Shown: positions 1 to 9,737 of the stretch, piece after piece
Layout: the number at the start of each line of letters is the position of its first letter
Position numbering within the stretch: position 1 is the first letter of the stretch
Origin: an uncultured Christensenellaceae bacterium
GTDB lineage: Bacteria; Bacillota; Clostridia; Christensenellales; UBA3700
NCBI GenBank assembly: GCA_944383895.1
Contig: CALWRH010000006.1
Coordinates: 2,158 to 66,157 of the forward strand
DNA length: 64,000 nucleotides
Direction: 5' to 3'
Made by a program: the position numbers and the translations under genes
Notes under the pieces: generated by a model
The model's input: only the letters and a program-made list of their open reading frames with translations
Database searches by the model: none
What the model was told of the DNA's origin: nothing

Positions 1-3000
1 GCACACTCGGAGATCGTACCTTCGTTTATTCCTACGAGCATACCGTAGATAAATCCCGTGAGTTCCGACGTGTCGATACCCGTATTGCTTGCGTTTGCGA
101 TAACGTCAAGCGCGTTTCTCGAAATGTCGTGTCCGCCGTCCGTACCCGAAAGCTGTATGGACGTGTTGGTGAAAGTTCCGTAGTTTATCGTCAGGAATTC
201 ACTCACCACGAGGTATTTCTGTTTTACTCCGTCGAGATCTCCGAAAGTGTAATCGGCAATATTATTCGCAAATGCGGATTCTACGACAACGGAATATCCT
301 CTGTCCTGACCGCCGTCGAAAGTCTTGCCCTTACCGAGGATGAGAGGCTGCGACGGGGTAGCTTTTATCGTCACTACTTTATTGTTGCCCGACAGAGTCA
401 TATCCGTCGCGCCCGACCATATCTGATATACACGGTAGAACGCGTTGTCGAGCGATCTCGACATTTCTCCGTCCACCGTAGTGTAAGAATAATAATTCGT
501 ATAGAGATTGCCCTGAGAATCCGAAGTCGTGCCCACGGGTTTGGTGCTGAGGAAACTGAGTATCATATCCTGCACGTGAGCGTTGTCCGTTAAGGCGTAA
601 ACGCCGGATTCGAACGAGAACGTAACGTATCCCGTACCCGTATTGCCGGAATTCGATACCGTCAGCGTCTGCGTGGAACTGCCTCCCGCGCCGACGGTGC
701 CCTTTGACGCGCTCGAAACATCGCTGCCCGTAACTTCCGGCGAGAAATCGGGAATGCCGACAAACGCGCCGCCCGCGGGTTTATGCACGTCGAGCGTAAG
801 CGTTCCGTTATTCACGGACGCGTCCATAGTAAGATAGTTGATCGGGTTGTCGTCCGAATCGACGAGCGTGAAACCGTAACTGCCCGTTGCGAACGCCGCC
901 TCGTTTGCCGAAGCGTTCCAATTAGCCGGAGCCATACCGAACGCGCTTATATAAGTCGGATAAGCCGAATTGCCGCCGTGGAATACGGGCAACTGCTCCG
1001 CGTCATCTCCTTCTACGCTTTGCAGTTTGTCTGCTATAAACCAGAAAGTATTGCTTACCGCTCCCGCGGGTACCGACTGATAATCTGCCGCAAGTACGCC
1101 CGTGACGTAACCGTATCTTGCGTATCCCGCGCCTTTGGACATCATAGTCACCATGCCGCCGCTCAGCGCGAATACGCTGCCCGAAAGCGTTGCCGCCTCC
1201 GCATTTTCAAAATTTATAAATCCTATCGCAGCCGCACCGTCCGCGTTCATCGCTCCGATAAGTCCGCCTACGAACACGCTGTAACGCGATACCGACATTA
1301 TCGTAGCGGAATATACGAAGAATCCGCCCCAGCCCGTTGCCTTGAGTCTGTCTGCAGATCCGCCGTCGTTCATGCCGAGTATGCCGCCAGCGGCAAGGTT
1401 TCCGCCGCCCGTCGCGTTTACGCCGTAATTGACGTGAGCAAGCATCGACGCGTCGGAAAGATCTCCCGCGTTATAGCCTATGACTGCGCCCCATACCGTG
1501 AGCGAAGACGCCGCGATATAGTCTGTCTGCGCAGCCGGATCGCTGTCGAGTCGCGACATATAATCGTTCTGAGATATCTCCGTGCCTGCGGTGACCGAAA
1601 TGTGTTGAGCGTTGCCGTAGTTTGCGCCTATGACTCCGCCGTAAATTACTCTGCCCGTTCCACTTACGTTGTCGGAGCTGCTCTTGGTAAGCGACAGGTT
1701 TTCTGCCGTCGCGCTCTCTGCATTGGCACCCAGAATACCGCCGAATATAACTTCCGTCTGATTTTCAGCGACTATCTTTACCGTTCCGCTTGCAGTCGCG
1801 TTGTCGTAAACGACGTTTTCGATACTGCCGAAGTTCACGCCAGCGAGAACGCCTGCCGCAACGTTTTCAGTAAACGTGAAAGCGTACGTTCCCGTCAGAG
1901 TCGAGTAATTTCTGTGAACTATATTGAAGTTTCTTACCGTACCGTAATTGACGGCGATAAGTCCGCCCGCCGCTCCGACGGTTTTTCCTCCGACCTCGAC
2001 CCCGACGTATCCGCCGCTTCCCGATGTCGCGTTGTCGCTCGTCCTGTCATTCTGTTGCAAGACATAATTGCCGTCATAACTTCCCACCCAGCTGAGCATA
2101 AGAGTATGCCCGTTGCCTTCGAGAGTCTTTTCCGCCCTCATCGTGACGAAACCGTTCATAGGCTTGTCTATAAGGAGATCTTCCGTTATGTAGCCCGTCT
2201 GCGCGCCCGCATAAAGCTGATTTTCGCCCGTACCGTCGATAAAGCAATAGAGCTTGCTTTGATAAATGCCGTAGTCGTTGTTCCAATCGCTTTCCGTTCC
2301 TGAATTTATATCTACCGAATAAGTCACGAAGAAGTCTATCGTCGGAACAAAGTCTCCCGTGCCGTTAAGATAAGCGTCAGCAACCGTGTAGGAATAATCG
2401 CCGCTGACCCCGCGGTCGCTCTGATCTGTCACGACAGAACTGACGCCGTCTCCCGAATAAGTGTTGTAGGTGACTCTTATGTTCACGCTGTTGTCTCTGA
2501 CCCCCGAGAACGCGGTCAGCGGGACAGTGAATACTGCGCTGCCCGCAGTCGAGGTCAGAACTCTATAAGATACAAAGTCTGCGGCGCCGTCGTCGCTGTA
2601 ATCGCTGATCTTGAGCAAGACGCCCGTCGCGTTCTCCGCGCTTGCGGAGACGTTGTATCCGTACATGGATATATCCGCAGCAGAGGTCGTGAACCACGGT
2701 ATCCCGCGAATGCCCTCAGAATTTCCGCTTTCGTTATAATGCGCCGCGGCGCCTGTTATTCCTCCGCTTCTTATGTTGCCTGCCGCGCCCGCTATAAGTC
2801 CCGTATATCCGCCCGAAAGCGAAGAAGGATATGCGCCCGCGTAAACGCCCGAAAGCACAGAAGGCTCGAGGTTTTCGCCCGTCACGTCAGCCGTATTGTC
2901 CGCACCCGTGTTTATTATACCTATAACGCCGCCTATATAGCCCGTGCCGCCCGAAGCAGTAAGCGTCGCGCCCGCGCCCGTCGTGCCGACGTCAGTGAGC

Positions 3001-6000
3001 ACTGCACCGTTCTGTTTGCCGACTGCGCCGCCGACGGCAGCCGTAGACGCCGCAGCGTTGAGCACGGCGTTTGCGTAAGTCACACAGACATTGGAAAGAT
3101 TTTCGTTGTTAAAGCCGATCGCGCCGCCGACGTAAGCGTTGCCCGCATTTACGGTATGCGTGCCCGAAAGAGATACGTTTACGTTGCTGAGCTCTCCGTA
3201 ATTGATACCGAAAGCCGCGCCGTAAACAGTCGCGTCGACCGTCGCGCCCGCAGACGTTACGGTAACGTTCATCACGTCGGCTCTGTTTACGGCGAAGAAA
3301 CCGCCTGCAGCCGTAATGCCGTCGTATTCCGTCACGGGGATATTACCCGATACGGCAATAACGTTGCCAGAAGAACCTATAAGCACTTTTCCGTCAAGGC
3401 TCACCGACCTCTGAGCCGCATTGCTGCCGTCAAGAGCAAAAGACGCGTTTGTCGTAAGCACCGCTTTGTGAGCGCCTGCGTATACGCCCTCGCCCTCTCC
3501 TCTCATGAAATCCACAAGACGCTGATTTTCAGCATTGTAGATATTCACGTTGTAATCGACAAGAACTTCGAGCACGGGAACGAAGGAATTGCCTCCCGCG
3601 TATTCTCTGTCGAGCGACGTCGTATATACCGAACCCGACAACGTCGGAACGCCAGTGTACGAGCCGTCCGTCGTGAGAATACCCGACTCGTCGTAGTAAT
3701 AATATGTTGCAGTAAACGTCAGCGATTCGAGCGCAGACGTAAACTGCGTTTTATCGAAAGTGAAAGATTTCAGATCGCCGTTCACCGAGATCGTACGGTC
3801 TGTAAGGAATTCCGCCTTTCCGTCCGCGCTGAGGTCTTTTACCGAGAACAGAACGCCGTCGAGATCTCCGGCAGTTCCGTAACCGTACATCGAAAGCACG
3901 TTGACCGTATCCGTTGTCCACGGCACGACGTAATCGGCTATGTCTTCGGGATAGAACGCGGCTATTCCGCTCAAAGCGCCGTCTCTTACCGCTCCTTCCG
4001 AAACCGAGCCCGCTATCAGACCTTTGTAACCGTTGAGAGCGGTGATATTCATGCCGTACGCCGCGTTTGCTATATTCTCAAGAGTCGTCTTGGTTGCGGT
4101 AATGCCTGCGAGCGTATCTCCGTCGCTAAGATTGGCAAGACCTATTACGCCGCCGACAAGCGAATTGCCCGCCGCCGTCAGGCTGCCGCCGTAGCCCGTA
4201 GTCTGCACGTCGGAAAGACTTGCGCTGTCCTGCAAACCTATAACTCCGCCCAGCGCCATAAGCGTACCGCCGCTGTTCGTAGCGGTTACGGAGCCGGACA
4301 GAGCGACCCTCGTGCCGTCTGCGACGCCGCGGTTTATACCGACCGCACCGCCGACGAAACTCACTCCGCCGCCCGACAGATTGAAATTGCCGCCCAGGCT
4401 GACCGTCACTCCCGTAAGCGTGCCGAGGTTGACGCCCACGGCGCCGCCGAACGCGAACGCGCCGCCCATATTGGTGGTTGAACTGACGTTCATCGCCACG
4501 TTTACGTTGCTTATCGTCGACGAGTTCACCGACGCAAGAACTCCGACCGCGGTCAGACTGTCTGAATCGAATCCGTACGTTGTGCCGCCTATCGCGCCGC
4601 CTGAATAAATGACCGTATGTCCGCCGCCGTCGAGACCTCTCGTCTTCTTGAAGTCCGCGACTATCGTAGTGCTCACTGACATGTCCGAAGTCAGCGTAGC
4701 GCCGTTTGCGCCCGCCGCGAGTATCTTGTGCGTGCCCACGCCGCTTGCCGACGAAGCGTCGCCCGAGACGAAGGCTTCGAGCGAAGTTTTGGACATAGAA
4801 GTATCCGCGTCGCTCGCCGACTGCGACAGATTGACGTCGTAATCGTAATATAGTTTTACAGCGGGAGCGTAGTTGCCGTCGTTGCCTTCCGTGACGGGCA
4901 CGGACAGCGATCCCGCCACCGCAGCGGGAATAAATACCGACTGAGTTTCAGAATTCAGATTAGCGGTAAAAGAGATCTGAGTCGCCGCATCTGCACTCAT
5001 ATATTCGGTATGCATGGTTATCGCGTTAACCGATCTTACCGCCGACGAACCGTTGAACACGTCCGTTTTGAATATCGCGTTTATGCCCGATCCGCTCTTG
5101 GAAGCGTTGTAATCTTCGTATATCCTTGAAATATAGGACGTCGAAGCGTCGTCTATGTATATGTAATAACCGCTTACGAGGTCTGTCGCGATAAATCCCG
5201 TAGCCGCCTCCGAGCCGCTCGCTCTGCCGAGCAGGGACATACGTCCCGCAGTACCCGTAAACCAGCCCGTAGCCGTCTCCGTCTGCGGCATCATCACGAC
5301 CATGTTCTTCAACATATAATCGTCGCTGTTACCGTTATCCGCCTTGTTCGCTGCACCGACCACTCTTCCTGCGAGCATGCCGGCATAAGAACCCTGAGTC
5401 TGAATCGTCTGTTTACCTACAAAGGTCCAGTTTGAGAACGGACTGCCGCCCGAAGGAGCAGTCAGGGTCATCCCTCCTACGCCTACGCTGCCGTAGTTGG
5501 AGCCTGCCCCCAGCACGCCGCCCGCATAGCTTTCTCCCGAAGTCGCGGTTGCGCTGAGCGTAGCTGCGGAGATGCCGTCCACTATCACGTTCCTGATCGT
5601 ACCGCCGCTGTTAACGCCGACTGCGCCGCCCGCAAACGCGAGAGACGACGCGCTCGCAGACACGCTCTGCCTCATTATCGTGTGCATAGTGTCTATCGTG
5701 CCCGCGTTGGCTCCGACTGCGAGTCCCACCGCCGCCGTACTGCCCGTAGTGGAAAGCTTGGTCTGCGTACCGTCGCCGTATGCGCCCGTATTGTTGACGT
5801 TGACGTTGTTAATAGTACCGAGGTTGATGCCCGCCACTCTGCCGTATGCCACGTTTCCGCTCGCGGAAATAGTGTCCCTCGAAGAAGACGTATAATTCAA
5901 AGTGAGGTTTTTGATCGTACCTTCGTTTATGGATATAAAGTCGCTTATGCCCGCAAGCGAAAGCCCGCCGATCTGAGAAGCGTACCCCGAGGTCGCGGTG

Positions 6001-8123
6001 CCCGACGCGTTGTATATCACGATACCGTTGCCGTTGCCGTCTATGGTCTTCCAGCTTTTCAGAACCTTGTCTCCCGTCAGAGACGGAGAGGTCAAAGTGT
6101 TGGTAGAAGTCAGCATAACCGCATCCGCAAACGCGTATGCGAAATACTCGTTGTTTGCGCCCTGAGAAGTCTTCGCGAACGCCTCGAAATGAGAAAGCGA
6201 AGTGAAATCGTTTATGCGCAGGCTATAAAGCATAAGAGTCCATTGCGGCGCATAACCCGCAGTCCACTCTATTCTGCCGCCGTTAGTCAGCGATCCAGCG
6301 GTATAGTCGTCGCTTCCCGCGATCTGAGAACCCGAAACGCCCTGCACGCTACCCGTCTGTTTGTAAACCGAATAGCCTTTGCCCGCAAGATCGGTTATAT
6401 TGTCGAAGTTGACGTTGTAGAGCACACGGCTGACCACCGTGCCTTCGGAATTTACATAAGAATCCCAGATATAACTTACCTGAGCGAGAGACAAGAACAC
6501 GGAGTCGTTGCTGAAATCCTGACTCTGATTGGACTCTCTGTCCTGACCTGCGAGTCTTGCCGCAACGTACAGATTCTGATAATGGTTAGAGTTTACGTTG
6601 GAAGTCGTGCCGTAACCCAGCAGAGGCATCGTGTTGTCCGCAAAAGCGAGCGTTGAGTTGAGTTCCGAAGTTCCCCACGCTCTGAACGCATACTTGTTGG
6701 CGTCGAACGAAATCCCTCCGGTAACTATCTTTTCCGCGACGCTGCTATTGGTAGAAACTCTGCCGCCTATAAGACCGACGTATGAACCGGTTGGAGTCCA
6801 GCCGTCGTTGTTGATGACCATGAATCCGCCTCTCGTACCCGAATAAGCGTGCGCCTCGGTTGCGGCGGAGAATCCCGAATGAGTGTTGTATTGAATATTC
6901 TGCACGCTGCCCGCGGCAACCGACAGACTTCCTCTCGCCTGTATGGCGTTGTTGGAGTAATAGCCTACGTTGAAATAAACTCCGCTGCCGCCTTTCGAGT
7001 TCTGAAGATTGGCGAGACCTACTATCATGCCGGTATAGCTTGCAGCCGTATGATTGTTTTTGTTGTAAAGACTTCCCGAGGTCGTGTTGTAACTTACGCC
7101 GTTTACAACGCCTCCGTCGTTAAGACCGGCAACACCGCCTACTATGCCCGAACCTATATTGTCGTTGTAAATTGCAGAAGTTTCTTTGTTATTCCAGTCG
7201 TACTCGACCGTATAAACAGGTCTGTAAGTTCCCAAATCGGCGTTCTGATTAACCTGGGTATTGAGTATAGTGCCTTTATTTATACCTACGACACCGCCTA
7301 CTGCTACCAGACCTTGCCTTGACAGTATCTTGTTGTTTGAATTGCTCGCAGTGTTAGACCATGCCTGAACCGGGCTGCCGTAAAAACCGTACGTAACATT
7401 TATCGTGGAAACACAGTTTTCTACCGTTCCGAAGTTTATGCCCGCGACCACACCCATGCCGATGTTGCCGTCGTAACCTTCGGGAGCGGTGACGACTGCC
7501 TTCGCGTTAGTGCCGCCCGAAACCGCAACCGACAGATTTTTAATCGTGCCTCTGTTGACAGAAACAATGTTGCTGACGCCGAAAGCACTCAGACCGTTGC
7601 CTATGTCAACCGCATTGCCCGTTCCGTTCTGCTGAAAAGTAAACCAGCTCTTGTACCAGTCGCTCGTAAGACCCCCGTCAACCCTACGGCAGTCGAGAGC
7701 GGCGGTTTCGGTGAAATAAGTCGTTATGGTATATCCGTTGCCGTCAAGCGTCTTTCCCTCTGCAAGCGTCCTGTTGAGCGAAGGCTTGACTTCGTTTCCT
7801 ATGGTAAAGGAATGAGTCAGAAGTCCGTACGTATAAGTCGAAGAATTGAGAAAATCTTCAAGTTCAGTCGCATTGGCGATGGTCTTGACGTAACTTCCAG
7901 AAGGAGCCGTATCTCCGGGACGTCTGCCTCCGTATCCGTACTGAGCGTTGAGCAAAGCGTTGTCGTCCGCGACTTCTCCCGCCGCGGTATTCCCGTTATA
8001 CGCGTCCGTATCCGTACGCGTATAAAAAAATACCGCCAGAGCGCAAGACAGCACGAGCGCGACTGCGATGATAGCAGCCGTCGCCGTAAGCCATATTCTG
8101 CGTTTTGCGGCATTGTTTGTCAT
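1..8123 (-). CDS. Giant cell-surface protein with GLUG-type repeat modules (N-terminus in window, C-terminus beyond position 1; more than 2700 aa visible)
   Basis: The minus frame from the ATG at 8123..8121 has no stop down to position 1. It is missing from the closed-ORF track because its stop lies outside the window. Spot translations at both ends are in the same phase: MTNNAAKRRIWLTATAAIIAVALVLSCALAVFFYTRTD at 8123, RQGLVAVGGVVGINKGTILN at 7319, TGFIYGMLVGINEGTISEC at 59. GGAAAGG Shine-Dalgarno lies just upstream. An N-terminal hydrophobic anchor/signal is followed by at least 6 modules opening with L(D/E)GNG(H/Y)T(I/L), and more than 20 copies of GG(V/L/A)(V/I)G.N.G.(I/L).N, the GLUG-motif pattern. 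Confidence 0.8.
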   Translation of the reverse strand, partial: MTNNAAKRRIWLTATAAIIAVALVLSCALAVFFYTRTDTDAYNGNTAAGEVADDNALLNAQYGYGGRRPGDTAPSGSYVKTIANATELEDFLNSSTYTYGLLTHSFTIGNEVKPSLNRTLAEGKTLDGNGYTITTYFTETAALDCRRVDGGLTSDWYKSWFTFQQNGTGNAVDIGNGLSAFGVSNIVSVNRGTIKNLSVAVSGGTNAKAVVTAPEGYDGNIGMGVVAGINFGTVENCVSTINVTYGFYGSPVQAWSNTASNSNNKILSRQGLVAVGGVVGINKGTILNTQVNQNADLGTYRPVYTVEYDWNNKETSAIYNDNIGSGIVGGVAGLNDGGVVNGVSYNTTSGSLYNKNNHTAASYTGMIVGLANLQNSKGGSGVYFNVGYYSNNAIQARGSLSVAAGSVQNIQYNTHSGFSAATEAHAYSGTRGGFMVINNDGWTPTGSYVGLIGGRVSTNSSVAEKIVTGGISFDANKYAFRAWGTSELNSTLAFADNTMPLLGYGTTSNVNSNHYQNLYVAARLAGQDRESNQSQDFSNDSVFLSLAQVSYIWDSYVNSEGTVVSRVLYNVNFDNITDLAGKGYSVYKQTGSVQGVSGSQIAGSDDYTAGSLTNGGRIEWTAGYAPQWTLMLYSLRINDFTSLSHFEAFAKTSQGANNEYFAYAFADAVMLTSTNTLTSPSLTGDKVLKSWKTIDGNGNGIVIYNASGTATSGYASQIGGLSLAGISDFISINEGTIKNLTLNYTSSSRDTISASGNVAYGRVAGINLGTINNVNVNNTGAYGDGTQTKLSTTGSTAAVGLAVGANAGTIDTMHTIMRQSVSASASSLAFAGGAVGVNSGGTIRNVIVDGISAATLSATATSGESYAGGVLGAGSNYGSVGVGGMTLTAPSGGSPFSNWTFVGKQTIQTQGSYAGMLAGRVVGAANKADNGNSDDYMLKNMVVMMPQTETATGWFTGTAGRMSLLGRASGSEAATGFIATDLVSGYYIYIDDASTSYISRIYEDYNASKSGSGINAIFKTDVFNGSSAVRSVNAITMHTEYMSADAATQISFTANLNSETQSVFIPAAVAGSLSVPVTEGNDGNYAPAVKLYYDYDVNLSQSASDADTSMSKTSLEAFVSGDASSASGVGTHKILAAGANGATLTSDMSVSTTIVADFKKTRGLDGGGHTVIYSGGAIGGTTYGFDSDSLTAVGVLASVNSSTISNVNVAMNVSSTTNMGGAFAFGGAVGVNLGTLTGVTVSLGGNFNLSGGGVSFVGGAVGINRGVADGTRVALSGSVTATNSGGTLMALGGVIGLQDSASLSDVQTTGYGGSLTAAGNSLVGGVIGLANLSDGDTLAGITATKTTLENIANAAYGMNITALNGYKGLIAGSVSEGAVRDGALSGIAAFYPEDIADYVVPWTTDTVNVLSMYGYGTAGDLDGVLFSVKDLSADGKAEFLTDRTISVNGDLKSFTFDKTQFTSALESLTFTATYYYYDESGILTTDGSYTGVPTLSGSVYTTSLDREYAGGNSFVPVLEVLVDYNVNIYNAENQRLVDFMRGEGEGVYAGAHKAVLTTNASFALDGSNAAQRSVSLDGKVLIGSSGNVIAVSGNIPVTEYDGITAAGGFFAVNRADVMNVTVTSAGATVDATVYGAAFGINYGELSNVNVSLSGTHTVNAGNAYVGGAIGFNNENLSNVCVTYANAVLNAAASTAAVGGAVGKQNGAVLTDVGTTGAGATLTASGGTGYIGGVIGIINTGADNTADVTGENLEPSVLSGVYAGAYPSSLSGGYTGLIAGAAGNIRSGGITGAAAHYNESGNSEGIRGIPWFTTSAADISMYGYNVSASAENATGVLLKISDYSDDGAADFVSYRVLTSTAGSAVFTVPLTAFSGVRDNSVNIRVTYNTYSGDGVSSVVTDQSDRGVSGDYSYTVADAYLNGTGDFVPTIDFFVTYSVDINSGTESDWNNDYGIYQSKLYCFIDGTGENQLYAGAQTGYITEDLLIDKPMNGFVTMRAEKTLEGNGHTLMLSWVGSYDGNYVLQQNDRTSDNATSGSGGYVGVEVGGKTVGAAGGLIAVNYGTVRNFNIVHRNYSTLTGTYAFTFTENVAAGVLAGVNFGSIENVVYDNATASGTVKIVAENQTEVIFGGILGANAESATAENLSLTKSSSDNVSGTGRVIYGGVIGANYGNAQHISVTAGTEISQNDYMSRLDSDPAAQTDYIAASSLTVWGAVIGYNAGDLSDASMLAHVNYGVNATGGGNLAAGGILGMNDGGSADRLKATGWGGFFVYSATIMSVSRYSVFVGGLIGAMNADGAAAIGFINFENAEAATLSGSVFALSGGMVTMMSKGAGYARYGYVTGVLAADYQSVPAGAVSNTFWFIADKLQSVEGDDAEQLPVFHGGNSAYPTYISAFGMAPANWNASANEAAFATGSYGFTLVDSDDNPINYLTMDASVNNGTLTLDVHKPAGGAFVGIPDFSPEVTGSDVSSASKGTVGAGGSSTQTLTVSNSGNTGTGYVTFSFESGVYALTDNAHVQDMILSFLSTKPVGTTSDSQGNLYTNYYSYTTVDGEMSRSLDNAFYRVYQIWSGATDMTLSGNNKVVTIKATPSQPLILGKGKTFDGGQDRGYSVVVESAFANNIADYTFGDLDGVKQKYLVVSEFLTINYGTFTNTSIQLSGTDGGHDISRNALDVIANASNTGIDTSELTGFIYGMLVGINEGTISEC

Positions 8124-8173
8124 AATTTTCCTTTCCCTTATCCTGCAGCCGCGCCCTTATCCGCGGCGATATT

Positions 8174-8764
8174 TTATGCTCTCATGAATTCCGACGTTAC
8201 GCTGACCGTGACCGTCGCGCCCATTATTTCGTCGGGCAGAAGTTCGTCCGTAACGTTGAACCTTATTGCAAGTATCAGATTGCCCGTACTGCCTGCCTCA
8301 GGCGACTCGAACGTATAACCTGCCGACACGTTGCTCCATCCGAACTGCGGCGACTCGTTTTCTTTGTAGAAGAAAAAGTCGAGCTTTCCCTGCATGTAAT
8401 CCTGCAATTCCGAAGAGAGCTCCTGCCCGTCCTTATCTTTCCAGACTGCCGACGACGCGTAAACGAGAACCCTCATCGCGGTGACGCCCTCTTCAGCCTC
8501 TCCGATAACGTAAGGAACTTTTATCCTCACTCCGTCGGAATCCGAAATTTCGCCTTGTGCGGTATTGTCGTTTACCGCCTCAACGGGCACGAGCTGTCCC
8601 TGGGTTTCTCCTACGCCTATGCTGATGCTGAACTGATCGTTTGAACCGATACGCAGGTACGCGGTATCGCTTTCATTGGGGAAAAATGCTAAAGTCGCGA
8701 CGGTAGCAACCGCCGCAATCAACAAAACGAATATAACGCTTATGACAATCGTCTTTTTTTTCAT
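8174..8764 (-). CDS. Small secreted protein with TasA-class (SipW-type) signal peptide
   Basis: 196-aa ORF with AAGGGG SD. N-terminus MKKKTIVISVIFVLLIAAVATVATLAFFPNESD has a Lys-rich n-region, a hydrophobic core and a TLA-FF motif like TasA/CalY signals. It has its own promoter upstream. Confidence 0.7.
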   Translation of the reverse strand: MKKKTIVISVIFVLLIAAVATVATLAFFPNESDTAYLRIGSNDQFSISIGVGETQGQLVPVEAVNDNTAQGEISDSDGVRIKVPYVIGEAEEGVTAMRVLVYASSAVWKDKDGQELSSELQDYMQGKLDFFFYKENESPQFGWSNVSAGYTFESPEAGSTGNLILAIRFNVTDELLPDEIMGATVTVSVTSEFMRA

Positions 8765-8810
8765 TTCCCCTTATCCGACCTTGCCTTAGCTTTATTACTT
8801 TATTATGTAT

Positions 8811-8839
8811 ATAATAATATGTGCGCACGTTAATGTCAA
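8811..8839 (-). promoter_or_regulatory. Sigma-A type promoter TTGACA-17-TATTAT
   Basis: Minus strand: -35 TTGACA (8839..8834), 17-nt spacer, -10 TATTAT (8816..8811). It lies about 45 nt upstream of the 8764 start. Confidence 0.5.
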
Positions 8840-8960
8840 TACTGTTTTTTGAAATTTTACATTGATAGTTGCGAAAAAATATTTTTCGACCGTTTTTATC
8901 CGTCCGTAAAAAATCTGTCATGCAACGACCCCGACGCTTATTCTTCAACGTCCGTCCCCG

Positions 8961-8992
8961 ATAATAAAAAACGCGGAGACCTGCTCCGCGTA
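8961..8992 (-). terminator. Rho-independent terminator ending the upstream operon
   Basis: Minus strand: ACGCGGAG-caggt-CTCCGCGT (8-bp GC stem) followed by TTTTTATTAT. It lies 55 nt after the 9048 stop. Confidence 0.6.
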
Positions 8993-9047
8993 GCGAATTT
9001 ACATAGATGTGCCGCAATTTTGCCGATATGTATCGGGATTTTCGGTT

Positions 9048-9686
9048 TTATCCGAAACAGTATTCCCCCTCAACGACCTCTCTGCCGCCGAAATCCACCT
9101 TGCTCCTGTCGAGCGATACGCAGCGGTAAAAACATTTGTCCCCGAGAGTTATCGGCTGATCTCCCGCCTCGAAAACAACGCTTTTGAGATTGTCGCAGAA
9201 CATGAACGAGCCCGCCTCTATCGTCGTCACGCTCGCGGGGATCGTCAGCTCTTCAATAAGCCGCAGTCCGTCGTACTCCTCGACAGAGAGCATCGCGATA
9301 GTATCAACCGAAATCACGGCTGTTTCTCCCCCGCCTCTGACAGTTATTTCCTGAGGGATCTTAAGCGTAGTCAGTATGCCGTCGTAGCCCGCGACTTTAA
9401 CGGACGTTATCCCGCTTGCAGCCGTATCGCCTGCGTCGAAAGCGGAAAAATCCGATCCGTCGTCTGCCTTTTGTCTGTATTTTATCAGCTTGTTTCCGCC
9501 GTCATACCCGATCTCTATCACAAGATATCTGAAGGACCCGTCTTCCCACTCGCCCGTTTCGGTAGTCGCGGGAGTGCTGCCGCCCTCCGACGTCGACCAT
9601 ACGGCATAAGTGACCGCGGTGATGCCCGCGACGAGCAACACCATTACGGTTAAAAATACGATCAATCTCGTAAACTGACCCTTCAT
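9048..9686 (-). CDS. Secreted protein: TasA-class signal plus BspA-type leucine-rich repeat (LRR_5-like) segment
   Basis: 212-aa ORF with AAAGGAGAG SD. N-terminus MKGQFTRLIVFLTVMVLLVAGITAVTYAVWSTSEGG. C-terminal half has IPASVTTIEAGSFMFCDNLKSVVFE, typical of BspA/LRR_5 units. Confidence 0.7.
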   Translation of the reverse strand: MKGQFTRLIVFLTVMVLLVAGITAVTYAVWSTSEGGSTPATTETGEWEDGSFRYLVIEIGYDGGNKLIKYRQKADDGSDFSAFDAGDTAASGITSVKVAGYDGILTTLKIPQEITVRGGGETAVISVDTIAMLSVEEYDGLRLIEELTIPASVTTIEAGSFMFCDNLKSVVFEAGDQPITLGDKCFYRCVSLDRSKVDFGGREVVEGEYCFG

Positions 9687-9737
9687 ATCTCTCCTTTAAC
9701 CCGCCTGACTGAGTCTTTCAGGCGGTGATCGTCTTTC

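Noticed and set aside
783-6656. Plus-strand ORFs of 506, 580 and 324 aa (783..2303, 2739..4481, 5682..6656) and smaller ones across 129..8318
   Set aside because: They are Arg/Val/Ser-rich nonsense composition. At least the 580-aa ORF (2739..4481) is codon-aligned antisense to the continuous minus-strand GLUG-repeat frame, and the others are taken to be shadows of the same frame. That frame has a start, an SD, a signal and a repeated domain structure.
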